In this document: positions 16,380 to 32,840 of the stretch, one piece after another | Layout: every line of letters starts with the position of its first letter | How positions within the stretch are numbered: the first letter of the stretch is position 1 | Assembly: GCF_000315625.1 (NCBI RefSeq) | Contig: NW_005434612.1 | Coordinates: forward strand, 329,038 to 393,037 | Length of the DNA: 64,000 bases | DNA from: Guillardia theta CCMP2712 | Lineage: Eukaryota > Protista > Cryptophyta | Direction of reading: 5' to 3' | Position numbers and translations under genes: made by a program | The notes under the pieces: generated by a model | Told to the model about the DNA's origin: nothing | The model's database searches: none | Seen by the model: the letters and a program-made list of their open reading frames with translations, nothing else

Positions 16380-16543
16380 AACTTTCCCTCCCCTCCTCCA
16401 CCGTCCCTCCTCCCCCTCCTTCGTCCTCCTCCCCTCCCTCCCTCCTCCCTCCTCCCTCCCTCCTCCTCCTCCTCCTCCTCCTCTCCTCCTCCTCCTCTCT
16501 CACGTGTCTAGTCCGTTACCCCATCTCCCTCCTTCTTGAGCTC

Positions 16544-18716
16544 ACCTGGGAGATCTTCTCGCTCCTCACAGTCACGAACGATTTCCTCTCCTCGGCCCTC
16601 GCCCATCCAAGGATTTCTTCTCTCACCAGGTTGTTCCTCGTGTTGAAGTTCGCGTACAGCCTGCCATGCTCTATCAGCAGCCGCGATCTCCGACGTGTCT
16701 GTCACCATCGGGAGCGGGAGGAGAGGAACGAAATATTATCTTCGAATGTCTTCGGCTGCCTGATTCCTCGTCAGATTGCTCACTCCCTCTCCTCTCCTCG
16801 CCACCACCACCCCCCTCCCGTCTTCTCATCCCCTCAGACCCTCTGCCTCCGAACCTCAAACTCTCCCCTCCTCCTCCTTGGCTCTGCTTTTCCTCCTTCC
16901 CTCCCCTCCTACTTCCCGCCCCTCATTTTCTTCTCCTCCCCCTGTTCTCCTGCTTTCGTCCTCCTCTCCACCAACTCCTCCATCTCTCTCTCCCCCTTCT
17001 CCTCCTCCCCAGTCTCTCTCAACCTGTATGCAAGAGAAACGCTCCAATCGACAGACAACGATTTGGTGCTGACAGAAAACCCCTGGGAGCAGATCAGATC
17101 GTGAGGGTCGCGCAAGGAGCAGGGCAACGAGACCTGGGGGATCGGCCGCAATTTCTTGTGCTCCCTGTTTGCATTCTGCGCAAACCAGACAAGAATGCTG
17201 TTTGAGAAAGAGGGTGACGGGAGACTTGAGGAGGGGCGGGAGGGAAGAAGGAGGGGAGGAGGAGAGGCGAAGGGAGGAGGAGAGGAGGAGAAGAGAGAGA
17301 GGAGAGAGAGAGGATGGGAGAGGAGGGAGGGAAGGAGAGGAGAGGAGCGGCTCATCTCTACCTCGGATCTTCCAGCTTCCTCGTGAAGTCGAAACGTGAG
17401 GAGACTTTCGGTGCTGACAAGTCCGAGTTGTGAGTGATGAGGACGTATTTGACCTTAGATAGCAGATGTCAGGAGAGGAGAGGAGAGGAGAGGAGAGGAG
17501 AGGAGAGAGGATGGGAGAGGAGAGGAGAGAGGGGATGGGAGAGGAGAAGAGAGGAGAGGAGAGGAGCTCTGAATTTCCCCTTATGCTTTCAATTCTTCCT
17601 TCTGCACACTATCATTCCAGAGGAGAGGAGAGGAGAGGAGAGGAGAGCAGAACAAGAATGGAAAGGGAGGAGAAGAGGGAGACTAGATGCAACAAGGGAA
17701 CAGGAGGGGAGAAGAGAGAAGCAGAGGAATGAGGAGGGGTCATAGAACCTTGATGAGAGGGTGGAACACGCGCATGAAGGAGCAGAGGAGGTACGTGTTG
17801 ACGAAGACGATGTCACCTGCCCTCACCCTGCTGGGGTCGAACAGGCAGAAATGCTCATCGAAGATGTGATTGCTCATGCTCCTGCGCACACGTCAGCGGG
17901 AGCGCCTCAACCTCGTCCACACCTGAAGGATGTCGTGTCGACGAAGATCCCGTTGTCAACCCACATCCTCATCCTCCCATCCTCTCCTGCTCCTGCTCCT
18001 GCTCCTGCTCCTCCAAAGGGGGAAGGGAAGGATTTCGTGGGAGCAGTGCGGCAAGCCTCCTGGCGCCTGTGGAGGGATTTCCGTTCAGCAAGAGGCAGCG
18101 GCGAGCGTAGAAATTCACTTGCGCCAGTCGATCTTTACGTCGCTGCTGGGGAGGAAGTCAGCGGCAAGCCAAGGATCAGCCGCGCGTCACCTCCTCCTCT
18201 TCCCCGAGCTCGTCCTTGTCCGCTGCTCAGCTGGCTCATCGTGGAGGAGCCGGAGATAAGCTCTCAAGCTCCTTGAAGCGAGCTCACACCCATGAGGCTG
18301 CGCTAGGGTGAGGGGGGGGAACGAGGAGGTCAAGCAGAAGAAGCTAGTAGGTTGAGGGAGGAGGGAAGAGGAGGAGAAGTATCCGACAGAGTGATGATGA
18401 AGGAGGAGGAGGAGGAGGAGACGGTGGAGGCACCAGCGCATGGAGGGCGAATGCAGCTCCGAGGTAAGCATCGAGATGCGCGGGTCGCATGTGCGCGACA
18501 GAGGCGAACATGTCAGAGCTGTTGGCGAACCATCCTTGAAGATGGAAGACGAGCGCTCTCTGTCATGGGGTGAGGAGGAAGGAGATCGCCCTGCTGCTCT
18601 ACCTGCATGGTAGCGTCGACTTCGGCGTCTCCTGTGTGGGTGATGGTCGCTAGCGCCGTGAGCTGAGGAAGGAAGGAGTTGTGGGGATGCTTCTCCTTGC
18701 CTCCCGCCATGGTCAC

Positions 18717-18762
<46 letters not shown>

Positions 18763-18779
18763 TTCGATCGCTGCGCCAT
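16544..18779 (-). CDS. Exostosin/GT47-like putative glycosyltransferase, multi-exon, C-terminus not found
   Basis: Spliced exons read 'FDPSRVRAGDIVFVNT...FHPLIK|VKYVLITHNSDLSAP...|ILVWFAQN...KLRPIP|...LYANFNTRNNLVREE'. N-terminal poly-Leu signal or anchor. Confidence 0.6.
18716..18762 (-). repeat. (CTCCTG)n hexamer repeat encoding a poly-Leu signal sequence
   Basis: gagcag tandem on the plus strand. The minus strand reads MAQRSKLLLLLLLLLLLLLLLLVTM. Confidence 0.85.
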
Positions 18780-19205
18780 GGAAATGAGGGAAAGAGAGGA
18801 GAGAGGAGAGAGGAGCGAGGAGCGAGTAGAAAGGAGAGAGGAGCAAAGGGGAAAGGAGGGAAGGCAGGGAGAGGAGAGGGAGAGGAGACAGTAGAGCCAG
18901 GAGGAGGACAAGGGAAGACCCAGGTGGGTGGGGGTGAAGGGGTGCGGGCGTTGAGGGAGGGAGGATGGAGGGAGGGGAGGGAGGGGAAAAGATTTGTCGG
19001 GCGGAGGATAAAGCCTCATCCCCGCTTTTACTGGAGAGAGCACCTGGGCACCTGCCTGGGCACAGAGTTGGTAGCTGAGTTGGTAGGAGCTGTTGTAGCA
19101 GTTGTAGCAGAGTTTGTAGGCGGGGAGGGAAGGGGGCGATGAGGAGGGGGACTGGTTGAAGGCAACCTGGATGAGAAGCGATACGAGAGGGCGCTAAAGG
19201 TGGAA

Positions 19206-19257
19206 GAGGAGGAGGAGGAGGAGGAGGAGGAGGAGGAGGAGGAGGAGGAGGAGGAGG
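19206..19257 (+). repeat. (GAG)n microsatellite
   Basis: Perfect GAG tandem. Confidence 0.9.
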
Positions 19258-19374
19258 ACAGGAGCGAGGAGAAAGAGGAAGTGTTCAAGGGAGTAGAAGG
19301 ACAAGCGAAGACATCTTGTAAGTTTCATTTCAAGGTATCTTCCACTGCACAGAATCCACTCGCCTCCTCCTCTT

Positions 19375-22363
19375 TTACTTGCTCTGGTTGCGGAATCGAG
19401 CCAGCGCTCCCTGCGGAGCTTCGCCCTCCTGCATTGGGGTCAAAACCAGCCAACCTCGTCGCCTCGCCTTCCTCACCTTGACAAACCCTCCGTACACAGC
19501 AGACGGGATCGCCTTCTCCGCTATCGCCAGGCTCTTCAGCCCCTTGCCATCGTCGGCCTGCATCAAAGGATGACTATGCTTTACTCCTCTCGCCTCTCCT
19601 CGCCCTCCAGTTTCCTCTTCCCTCCTCCGAATCCTCCACTTGCTTCTCCACCCTGCCACTGTCCTCTCTCTTCCCTCCTCTCCCCTCCCTCGTCCCTCTC
19701 CCACTGTAGCAGACACTCACATTCTCCAGCGCCATCTTTGTCGCCTCCTCGTCGTCTTCCTCGTCGTCGTCGAGAGCGATCTCGTCGTTGTTGTTCACCG
19801 GGCCATCGCTGCTCATGGCCACGATGTCTCCACCTGTGGACTCGGAAGGAGCGTCTGCCATGCTCTGCATCGTCTCCTGCATCATCTGCCTCTCCAGCGC
19901 CTCCATGTCGTTGGACACGCGTTGACGCTTCGCTGCCGGTCCCTAAGGAGAGGTCAGCAATGCAGGACAGGAGGAGACGTAGCAGCACCTGCTCAATCAG
20001 CGCCATCGCCGCGTCCGTCGCGTTGACGTGAGCTTGCGAGAACTGAAGTTGAACCGATCGCTTGATGCGCAGCATGTCACGGAAGGTGTCTTCGTTACCA
20101 TGTCGAACTTCAAAGGCATGCCACAACTTCCACAGCTGTTCGTCTTTGCCAGGATCGCAGTGCTGCGAGCCGTACTGGTAGATCGCCCTCGCTCGATCGA
20201 TTTCCCCGAGAGTCTGCTCGAGTTCGGAGTATTTGACTGCCACGTCTTTGATTCGGCTGTCCGGTACATGCTGCATGGCATCCTCGTAGATTGGACGAGT
20301 CTTGGTGATTCCGAAATATTCCGAAGCCTTGTTGATGTATTGGATGTAAAGATCGTACCTCTCTTCCGGAGCAATCTCCTTGCAGGCCCGTTCGTAGACC
20401 GACATGGTGTTCTTCACCAAACCAAAGTCTTCCTCGAACTTGGCATACATCAGGAAAATGGCTCTGCGCTCTCTTTCGGGGATCTTGGACAAGGCCTGCT
20501 CAAAGAGATCGCGAGCCCGCTCCATCTTCTTGCCTTCATATCTCTTGACAAACTTGGAGAGATAAGCAACCCACAATTCTTTTGAAAGTGGCCATTCAAA
20601 CGCATTGACCCCTTTCTCATACACCTTGAAAGATTCTTCGAAATACTTGGCCTCCTCTAACATATGTGCATAATTTATCAAAATCTGAGGCGTGACAACT
20701 TTGAGATCAATCATTCTTTCATACACGGCCTTGGTTGATTCCAAGGTTCCAAGGGATTCCTCCAGATCTGCATACATACTCCACAGTTTAGTGCTCTTCC
20801 AAAGTCTCTGCTGCACGGACAAATTTGGATTTTCCTTTCCCACCGAAGCCCTGGCTACTCGATCTGATACATAAGTCGCCTTGTGCAAGACCTTGATCGC
20901 CTTCTCAAACTCATCGTGACGAAGCTCCATCTCAGCCCACTCACACCATACGGTTGCAAGATCCTCGACGGATCGAAACTCAACTTTGCTCGCACGCTCG
21001 AGGATGTCTCTTGCAGAGTCCAAGTCATCATTGTCTTCATAGTACTTGGCAAAGGAAACCCATAGGGTGTGGGGTTTCCCATCTGCCTTGATGGGATCTA
21101 CCGTCTGCACAGCTTCAGCATAAGCCTTGATCACCTTCTCAGGGTTGTCTTGCTCTTCGAATATTTTCACTCTACGATGCCATTCGTGAACATTGTGCGG
21201 ATTCTGCCTCAGTCGAACACTGCAAAGAAGCTCTGCTCGTCGATCTAGCAGATACTGCAGCCGAGCCAACCTCAACTCCAAGTCGTCCCCTTCTACGTCC
21301 AAATCATCCTCGGCCTGTTGATTTTCGGATTCATCATCCTGCATCTTGGCCGATATCATGGTTTCTTCGAATTGTGTATAGGCATCAAAGATCATCGAGA
21401 AATCTCTCACTGTAATAACTGTGTTAATACCTTCCTCAAAGATGTCGCGGGCTTTTTCAAAGTGTCCCAGGCGAATGAAGTAATCAGCAAGGGATGTCCA
21501 TAACCTTCCAACCTGCCATGGCATAAGAAAGGAACATAACACAGGACTGCAACATTACATCATCTGTAAATCTTTTCAAGGCACCTCGCACGATTGGTTC
21601 CACCTTCAATGTGGTGATGTTTTGAGCATGCTTAGTGCACATATCGCATAGTTCAAGCCATAATTGGTGTTTTGATTTTCCTTGCTTTGAAATGAAACTT
21701 TCCCTGTTCAATGCCTGTGCAAGAAGTGTTGCAGCTTCATTCCATTGCTCATGTTTTGCCAGGTAATTGACATATTCTTCAACAGAGTCGGGATCTAACT
21801 TCATAAATCGTCGGAAAATTCTGTAAGCCATCTCTGGAACATTTGATTGCTTTGCAAACGCAATATATTGCTTCCATATCTTATCATGCTGTGTAATCGG
21901 CAGAGATCTGAGAGCCCTATCATAAGCATGTCTCGTCTTCGTAACTTTCCTTTGGAGTTGAAGAAACTTAGTATACTCCAACCAAATTCGAGGCATCTTG
22001 TGCATAAAGACCAACGCTCGCTCATAAGTATTGTTGAGAGAATCAAATGCAGGGTCAGTGACACACTTGTGCCTAAGGCGATCTTTTCGCTCAGTCAAAT
22101 ACATATTCCACAGTTTGTAGCTCCCTGGCAATGCCTTCAAGGCTCTTTCATACAAAATCTTTCGCTGAGAGAACGGTGCATTAGCTCGCACCTGGATTGT
22201 TACAAATCAGTCCTGGAAGAAATCAAGTCCAACAGACTCCCACCTGGAGATAACGCAGCCACAGCTTGACCGAAAATGGATTCGCAAGAAGTTCCTCCTC
22301 ATACACAACCGCTTCTCCCTCAGGTATGAGCGAACTCGGGACGTCTTCAGTTGAGTCGGCCAT
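19375..22363 (-). CDS. SYF1: Pre-mRNA splicing factor SYF1/XAB2 (HAT-repeat protein), multi-exon
   Basis: 'YEEELLANPFSVKLWLRYL', 'YERALKALPGSYKLW', 'LRQNPHNVHEW' and 'FEVRHGNEDTFRDMLRIKRSVQ' are SYF1 hallmark segments. Confidence 0.97.
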
Positions 22364-23199
22364 TGTCAACTAGCAACGTACAAGGATCAGGTGCAGAACA
22401 ACCAGGATCAGTATCGTGCATGAACAAACAAGACACGGTTCTCTGACTTTCTCTTCCTCTGCACTACCTCCTAAAACCATACAAGGAAAAACACTCTCGA
22501 CATCACGTTTCTTCCTGGAACTAAAACATTTGTGTGGAACTCTGCTCAGGGCTCATCTAAACTAAAACTCCTCGGAAAAAAGACAACAAAGTCTGGCAAC
22601 ATCCTAAACACCTACGGCTTCCCTTCATATTCCTATCACGTTGAGGCTACTCTTTACAACAAATCCCTTCGTGTCTTCACGCCTCATTCTCCACTTAGAA
22701 AGGATTCGTGCATTGCTACAGATATGAATTTAAGATTTCAGAAAGGCCATCCTTGACCTCACTTGCTTCTCCGCCTGTTGTATGATTTTCTATTCAGGCC
22801 CAAGTCTTTTGTTAGTGAGAATCGCCCAACCATTTGCAAATTTTCCTTGCCATGACTTACTACTGATACGACCTCCTGTTCTGACTCGCATACAGTCCTT
22901 TGTCAAGAGTGTAACCTTCCGCTCTCCCTTTCGCTGCCTTGAACTAATCTCCAAAATCCAAAATCCCTTCCAATTCACCGCGTCTTATCGTCTTTTCTTG
23001 TCTTCGCCCTCTCTCGTGTCTCTTTGCTCCCGCTTCCCGCATGCCCCAAAGCACTTTTCCTGTTCGCTGCCCTTGCTTCATTGTCTTTCTTCCCGCGTCT
23101 TATCCCCCCCCTCCTCCGCCCATCCCCTCCCCTTCCTCTTCCTCTTTCCGCCATCACGCGCGCCCCTGCTCCTTCCTCTCTTTGGCACCACCCTACCTC

Positions 23200-24010
23200 A
23201 ATTCCCACCACCCTATGAATATTCTGGCACCCACCCTTCAGTCCTATGGCAATATACCCACCCACACCAATATTTACTCGCTGTCCAACTACCCGTACTT
23301 GATACACACTTCCTCCATATTGGGCACTGGTGAAATTCATATGACCCCACCCACCGAGAAACAACAATGCATCTCTCTGGTCATAACCCCCGTGTATTGC
23401 ATCCCAGGGTATCACCACCCACCATTTTCGGTACTACCTGCGAGGCTACCCTACCTTTTGTCGACCACCCACCTGGGTCAAACTAAGGGGGATTCCTCTG
23501 TCGAGAACGGGTAGTGTAAACGATGGGGCTACCCCCACTTACTCACGAATAAATGGTAAGGGTACTTTACGTCTACCCATGCTTCTTAGGAAAAATCAGA
23601 TGCAAATCCTGGGGTGGGTACCAAATGGGGGGTGGGTTAAACTGATTTGGCACAATTGTGTCCAAAGAGGGGGGTGGGGTGGAGCAAAGATCAAATTTGA
23701 TCAGAAGTGGGGTGGGCAAACCTGACACCACAGGAATAGAAGGGGTAGGGTACCCATGTTAAAGCTAACCCAGGCATGGGGGTAGTGTTTGAAATCTAGG
23801 GAATGTTGATAGATTCGTGGTAAATTTTGAAGTCTTTGACACATGATACGGGTACAATTGAGTATATTTTCTGTGCTGGATACAGGGTAGGTATGTCAAT
23901 ATATTTGAAATTTGGAGTATGTAGAATTCACGACCAGTATGGGGGTAATTCAGCTGCGTAATTCAGGGTGGGGTGGTGCCGAAACGGGGTGGGGGGTAGG
24001 GTTACATCTC
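23200..24010. promoter_or_regulatory. GGGGTAG-rich island in the divergent intergenic region between SYF1 and the FnIII gene
   Basis: aggggtagggtaccc, ctaccctacc and ggggtgggtacc, with a pyrimidine tract on the left and a purine tract on the right. Confidence 0.4.
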
Positions 24011-24330
24011 TCGGAGAGACCAATAATGGTTTTGGTTGCATCAAAATCTTGCAGGACTGCAAGTGGCAAGGAAAGGATTGCTTGAGAGAAAGAGAGTGGA
24101 GAGGACACGAGGACAGGACAGGACAGGACAGGACAGGGCAGGGCAGGGCAGGAAAGGGCAGGGCAGGAAAGGGCAGGGCAGGAAAGGGCAGGAGAATGCA
24201 TGACGAACAAAGATTAGGAAACAAGACGAGAAGAAAGGAGTTGAACTTTCACATTCGAGCAGGAACGAACGAAGTCTGAGAGAGGGAGGATGTTATGAGT
24301 GCTAGTTTGTGCTAGGCTGTAGAATCTTGC

Positions 24331-27230
<2,900 letters not shown>

Positions 27231-27435
27231 CCTGAAGGGCGAGCGGGAGCGGGAGAAGTTTGTGACATGTGAACAAGGTAGTGATAGTGATGATGTGAAT
27301 CCATTCAACTCAATCGCGTCTACTGCTCTATCCTCCCTTCCCTCCGCTTCCTTGCCCTACCTCCCTCTCCCCTCCCCTTCCTTCCGTCTCCCTCTCTCCC
27401 TTCCTCTCCCTCGTTCATCCCTTCATCCCTTCATC

Positions 27436-27848
27436 TCACGCAACGTTTAGCAACTCACTTACTCCTTCCCCGCTGCTGCTCGCCTTCACCTTGCTCTTGC
27501 GCTTCCGGCCGATCGCCGTGTCCTCTCTTGCGTCTCCTCTGCTCGTCCTCTTGCTTCTCTTCCTCTGTGCTCCAGCTCCCTCAGCATCCTCGCTCCTCCT
27601 CCGGCCCTCAGCTCGTTGAGTTGCTTGCTTGTTGGTATGGCTCTGGTGGCACAACACGCAGAGGGTGCGGATGTTGTCTACATTGCACTCCCCTCCTCCT
27701 GAGAACACCTGGAGAAAGGAGGAGGAAAGAAGATGTTGATCATCATCGTCAGTGAGATCATCTGCAGATGATAGCAGATCCATCAACATTATCATCAATA
27801 GCAACAACAATATTGTCGGGATAGTTATCATCAACGACCATTTCATAC

Positions 27849-27882
<34 letters not shown>

Positions 27883-28914
27883 TCCATCATCATCAACTCC
27901 ATCATCACAATCTGCTCCAGCATCTCAATCTCATTGTTGTCGTCGTCACCATCACAAGGTATCAACTCATTCTTCACTCACGGGTACGATGTGATCTGCA
28001 TGCCAGAAATTTCCTTCCACAGGGCGCGAGACTATCTTGGCGATCAGCTTCTCTCGTCCTCGAAACTCTGGAGCTCTCTGGAGGAGGACGTCTCTCCTCG
28101 AGTCGAGCTGGGCTCGAGCTGACACCAGAGACGAGGAGCGATAAGTTCGAGCCCGAGGTGAGAAAACTTTGAAATTCAATAGAGCAGGTTTGAAATGAGA
28201 GAGAGGAAATGACTGGGATAAGTGGAAAAGATTTGAATAGATTTGCAGGACGAGGGAATATGAGACAAGAACAAGGTTGGCTTCACAGCGCAGATTGCAA
28301 ATCGACCAACAACAACATCAACATTCGTCTCACCAACGACCTTGCACAACTCCCGCGCGTTCATGCCGCAAGCTTGACAGACTCCGCGCTCTGCTTGAGC
28401 TATCCTCTTCCTCAGGTACGATTGAGAGGTCTTCTCCTTGTACTCCATCATGCAGAGCCCCCCGCAAAAGAGCTCATGATACATGACAGGGAAGAACTCC
28501 TTCTCCTCCTCCTCCTCCTCCTCCTCCTGGTCCTCTCCCTCTTCCACCACTTCCTCCTTCTCCCGCTCCTCCTCGAGCTCCTCCTCGAGCTCCTTCTCCT
28601 TCTTACCCTCATCCTCCTCCTCTTCCTTGTCCACGTCGTCATCCTTTCCATCCTCTTCCTCCTCTTCTGCTTCTTCCTCCTCCTCCTCCTCATCCTCATC
28701 GTCTCCCTCCTTGCTGCCCTCCGTGCTCGTCGATTTTCTCTGAGAACGGGAGAAGGTACGACGCATCCACATCACCACCGAAGGCTTCGAGACCAGGGCA
28801 GGAGGAGGACAGTGCGGAGAGCTGAGTGGGGAACGAAGAGAGGAAGGCGACATTGAAACATAAGGAACAGGAGGAGGGACTAATGGAAGAGACCATGCAG
28901 GGAAAGTAGCAGGG

Positions 28915-28964
<50 letters not shown>

Positions 28965-31900
28965 GGAGTATCTGAACGAGGTAGGTCGCATGCAAACGAT
29001 GCACAGCATATTTTGAGCCTCATCCACTGCCTGCCGCCACAGGAAGAACTTGCTGTCCTCCTCCTTCCTCCAGGAACGAGAGGAACTGATCTCAACCGTC
29101 ACGTTGACGTCCTGCAAGGTCGAGCATCATCTTCCTTCCTCCCCTTCCATCCTCTCCTCTCTCTCCTCTCCCTTCTCCTTCTCCCCTCTCGTCCGTCTCA
29201 TCCCTCCTCTCTTCTTCTCTTCTTCTCTCCTCCCATCTCTTCTCCTCTTCATCCCCTCCTCTCCTCTGCTCTCCTCTCCTCTCATCTGATCTCATCTCCT
29301 CTCCTCTCCTCTCCTCTCATCTCATCTGATCTCATCTCCTCTCCTCTCCTCTCCTCTCCTCTCCCTTCCCCTTGTCTCCCTCCTCTCCTCCTCTCTTCTC
29401 TCTTTCACCATACCAGCCAACGAGCGGAGGGTGGGATCACCCCAAGAGCCTCGTGCCGCGGCGTGAGGCGTCTAGTGCTGTTTCTCTTCATCGGAGGAGG
29501 GAGCAATTCGAGCACGCTGGAGAGCGGGAGACGGAGCATAATGCCTGGAGTGATGGTCGGGGTGGTTCGAAGCAGGTGAACAGCAAGAGAGAGGAAGGAA
29601 GGGCAGGGATGAAGCAGGGTAGCGGGAAGGAGCAGGAGAGAAGGAGGAGGCGAGGAGGAGGAGAGCAGGAGGAGCAGGGGAGGAGAAACAGATTAGACAA
29701 AGTCAATTCACCGGTCAACCTCCTGCGCTGATAGGAGGAGAGGGCCTCGAGCTGACTGCAGCAGGACAACACCTCCTCTGCGAGCTGCAGGGCGAGGGAG
29801 GGGGGCAGAGACTTCTGTGCGGGGATGGGAAGCAAGGAGCTCAGGCCCGCAGCACTTGCTGACTGCATCAGGCATATCTGCTCCGGTCGCAAACTGCCCA
29901 AAGACGTGAAGGAGCCCCCTGGTGCATACGGACACTGTCAGGAGCGAACGAAACCACATCGGGCAGTGCAAGGGAGGAGGAGGAGGAGGAGGCGATGGAG
30001 AGCTTGGTTGAGGTAAAAGGAGGAAGAGGAGGACGAGGAACGAGAGAAGTCGACGCAAGGATATCGCAACAAGACATCATCGCTATCACCTTTCTCTACG
30101 AACATGTGGATCCTGTCCGTGTGCTGGCTCTTCATGAAGTGAAAGTTGGATGCTCCTATCGAGTTCTCAGCTCCCATGCTGCTCTCCGTTCCTTGGTGAT
30201 GCCCAGCCGCGTCCGACAAGTGTCCCTCCGTCTCATACGCCGGTTTGACAAGCTTGCGGCCAGCCAGAGTTAACCCGTCCGTTGCATTCCAGTCCCTCAA
30301 TGCGATCTCGTCGTCAAGATCCATCCTCGCGTGATTCTTCGGGCCGTCCGTCACGCTCGACACGTCCTCCAGGTCCCTGCTCAGAGAGATCCACCTGTGC
30401 ATGTCAAAGTTTGACAGGCGATGTTGCGACTGGTCGCGGCCATGGCAGTGAGGCTGAAGGAGGTCGTCGTAGTGCTTCCAAGGCGACCTTGCGACGAGGT
30501 AGTAGATGTCGACACAGCCTGTCTGCCCGCGCCTGTGCAACCGGTCTTCAGCCTGACGGCACCAGGAGATGTCGGGAGGGAGCTCCCACGAAGATGGCGG
30601 TGCTGGCGACGCTCAGGTCCACCCCCTGCCCGCTCGCTGTCACGCTGATCAGCGCAACCTTGACGTGCGCACGATGGCGGAACTGGTTGAGGAGGTCGAC
30701 TCGTTCCCTGCCAGCCGTCTCGCCGTCGATCCGAACGCAGCTGACGTTGTGTTGGAGCAGGAAGCTCTCGAGCTCGTTCATCACCCGCCGATGATGAGCA
30801 AACACGACGATCTTCGACGAGCAGCCGGAGCTGATCGCCGCATGCTGCAGCCACTCTTTGGCGGCGTAGAGTTTGGCGAGGCCGACGAGCTGGTAGGCAG
30901 TGGTGGCCACCAGGACTTCGTGATTTCGCGTATGGTTCTTTAGCTGCAGCTCCTCTCCTTTCTCCTCCCCTGACGCGTTGACAAGTCGGAGACGAGAGCA
31001 GTCGATGGGAGCATAGATGAGACATCGTCGTTTGGGAGGAAGCTGCTTCATAATGTCCTTCTTCAGCCTCCGCAGCATGACGCTGCTCGCGAGGATCAGG
31101 TTCAGCTCGTGGGCCCTGACGCACCTGCCCACGGAGTAGAAGGGAAACCTGGCGACCTCGCAGAACGAGTTGGCAAACTCGAACTTGCTGGACCCCAGCA
31201 GGCCAGCATGGAGGGCGTCCAGCTGGAGGAACATGTCCATGGGCCTGTGCGGGGACGGCGTGCCGGTCAGAAGCAGGCACCTCCTGACGTTCCTGATGAG
31301 TCTGATCGACGTGCTCGTCTGCTGGACGTCAGCTCGGGCCTTCGGAGTCCTGAGCGTGTGGCTCTCGTCGAAGACGACAAGGCGCCACTGGCGGCTGAGG
31401 AGGTCGGAGCGGAGGCGATGAAGCATCTTGTAGGATACAATGACGACCTTGGGCGTTGCTTGCGGGGGCCTGTCAGTCGAGGAGAAGATGACGTGGATGT
31501 CGGTTGGCAGCAGCCACGTGATCCACTTCTCGATCTCCTCCGCCCATCCCAGCCGCAGCGTCGCTGGTACCACCACCAGCAGTGGCCAGGCGTCCAGGCA
31601 CGCGGCCACGGCCAGCGCCTGCAGCGACTTGCCCAGCCCCATCTCGTCGGCGATCATGCACCGGCAGCTCCTGGACAGCACAAACTTGATCCCTTCGATC
31701 TGGTACGGACAGAGACAAGCTCGCATGCCCATCGGCAACCTTTCCAGCATCCCCCCCACCTCCCGCTCGTCGACCACCCCCCTGAACGCCTCATCCTTGA
31801 GCTTTCTCAGGGCCCTCAGAGTCACAGCAGGGAGCCGGTCCATGCACACCCAGTGAAGGCGAGAGATTCTCCTCGTGACCTTGCCGTAGTCCTGCAGCCT

Positions 31901-32554
31901 GAACACGACGCCCTCCCTCCCATCATCTCGGGTTGCGAAGGAGACGGGGGAGGCGTCGTGCTGCTGAGACCCTAGCAGGCCTGCTTGCTCGAGCAGGTTC
32001 TCGAGAGCTCTCCTGGGGATCTTGTTCGAAGTCCCCGAGTGCAGCCGGAAGGTGCTGGTCGTCTCCAGCTCTGCCAGCAGCTTCAGGCGGTACGAGCTCG
32101 GACGAGACACAGCTGAGTAGATGCGCCTCCTGGTGAACCCGCACTTCCTCCTCGTGCTCCCCTTGCACACGAACCTCTCGGCGCCGTACCACTCCACGAT
32201 CATCATCGGACCTCCGCACCTGCTGCAGGGAATCGCGCTGGCGCATGGATGGAGCGAGTTAGGTTGAGCGAGGGGAGGCGGCGTGGAGCAAGGGGACGGG
32301 TCGATCGGGGGGGATATGGTGTCTGCTCTCCTTGGATCTTCGAGCATGGTGACATCGAGCATGAAGAGAAGAAGCAGGAGAGACAGAGACTTCATTCTGA
32401 AGCATGCTCGCGGCGGGAGAGGAGCAAAGGATCTTGACGGCGCCTCCCATCATGCATCATGAAGTGCACCGGCAAGAGCTTGGAAGGTCTCGAGCTCCTT
32501 CGTTTCAAGTTGCTCCTTCCTAGCTGCTCGGTGACACCTGCCAAACATCGCCAT
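27436..32554 (-). CDS. ZRANB3: ZRANB3-like SNF2 annealing helicase / HNH endonuclease, multi-exon, with an apparent 1-nt frameshift at about 30586; start uncertain
   Basis: Helicase motifs 'IADEMGLGKS', 'VFDESH', 'LLTGTP', 'FAHH', 'RIDGET' and 'QAEDRLHRRGQ'. C-terminal 'ERGVCQAC...WHADHIVPV...GGGECNVDNIRTLCVLCH'. Confidence 0.9.
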
Positions 32555-32659
32555 CCTCTCCCACCATCTTCTGCTGCCGACTTCTCCTCCTCCCTTCACT
32601 TCGCCTCCTCCTCCTCCCCTGCCCACCATCTTCATTCCGGATCTTCGCTAGGATCTCCC

Positions 32660-32840
32660 ATAGAGTACCCGATACGGGGGCGTTGGACTGTAGGGTAGGG
32701 TAGTCCTGTAGGGGGTAGGGTATAGAAATGAAGGGGTAAAATGGGTGATTTACATATTGAAAATGATGTTCGGAGTAGGTAGGGTAGGGTACCATGGAAG
32801 AGTTAGAACTATAGTAAGGGGGTGGGTGCTAGAAATAGGG
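32660..32840. promoter_or_regulatory. GGGGTAG-rich island between the divergent ZRANB3 and TMEM8-like starts
   Basis: tagggtaggggtag, ggggtagggtat and taggtagggtagggtacc within 180 nt. Confidence 0.45.
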
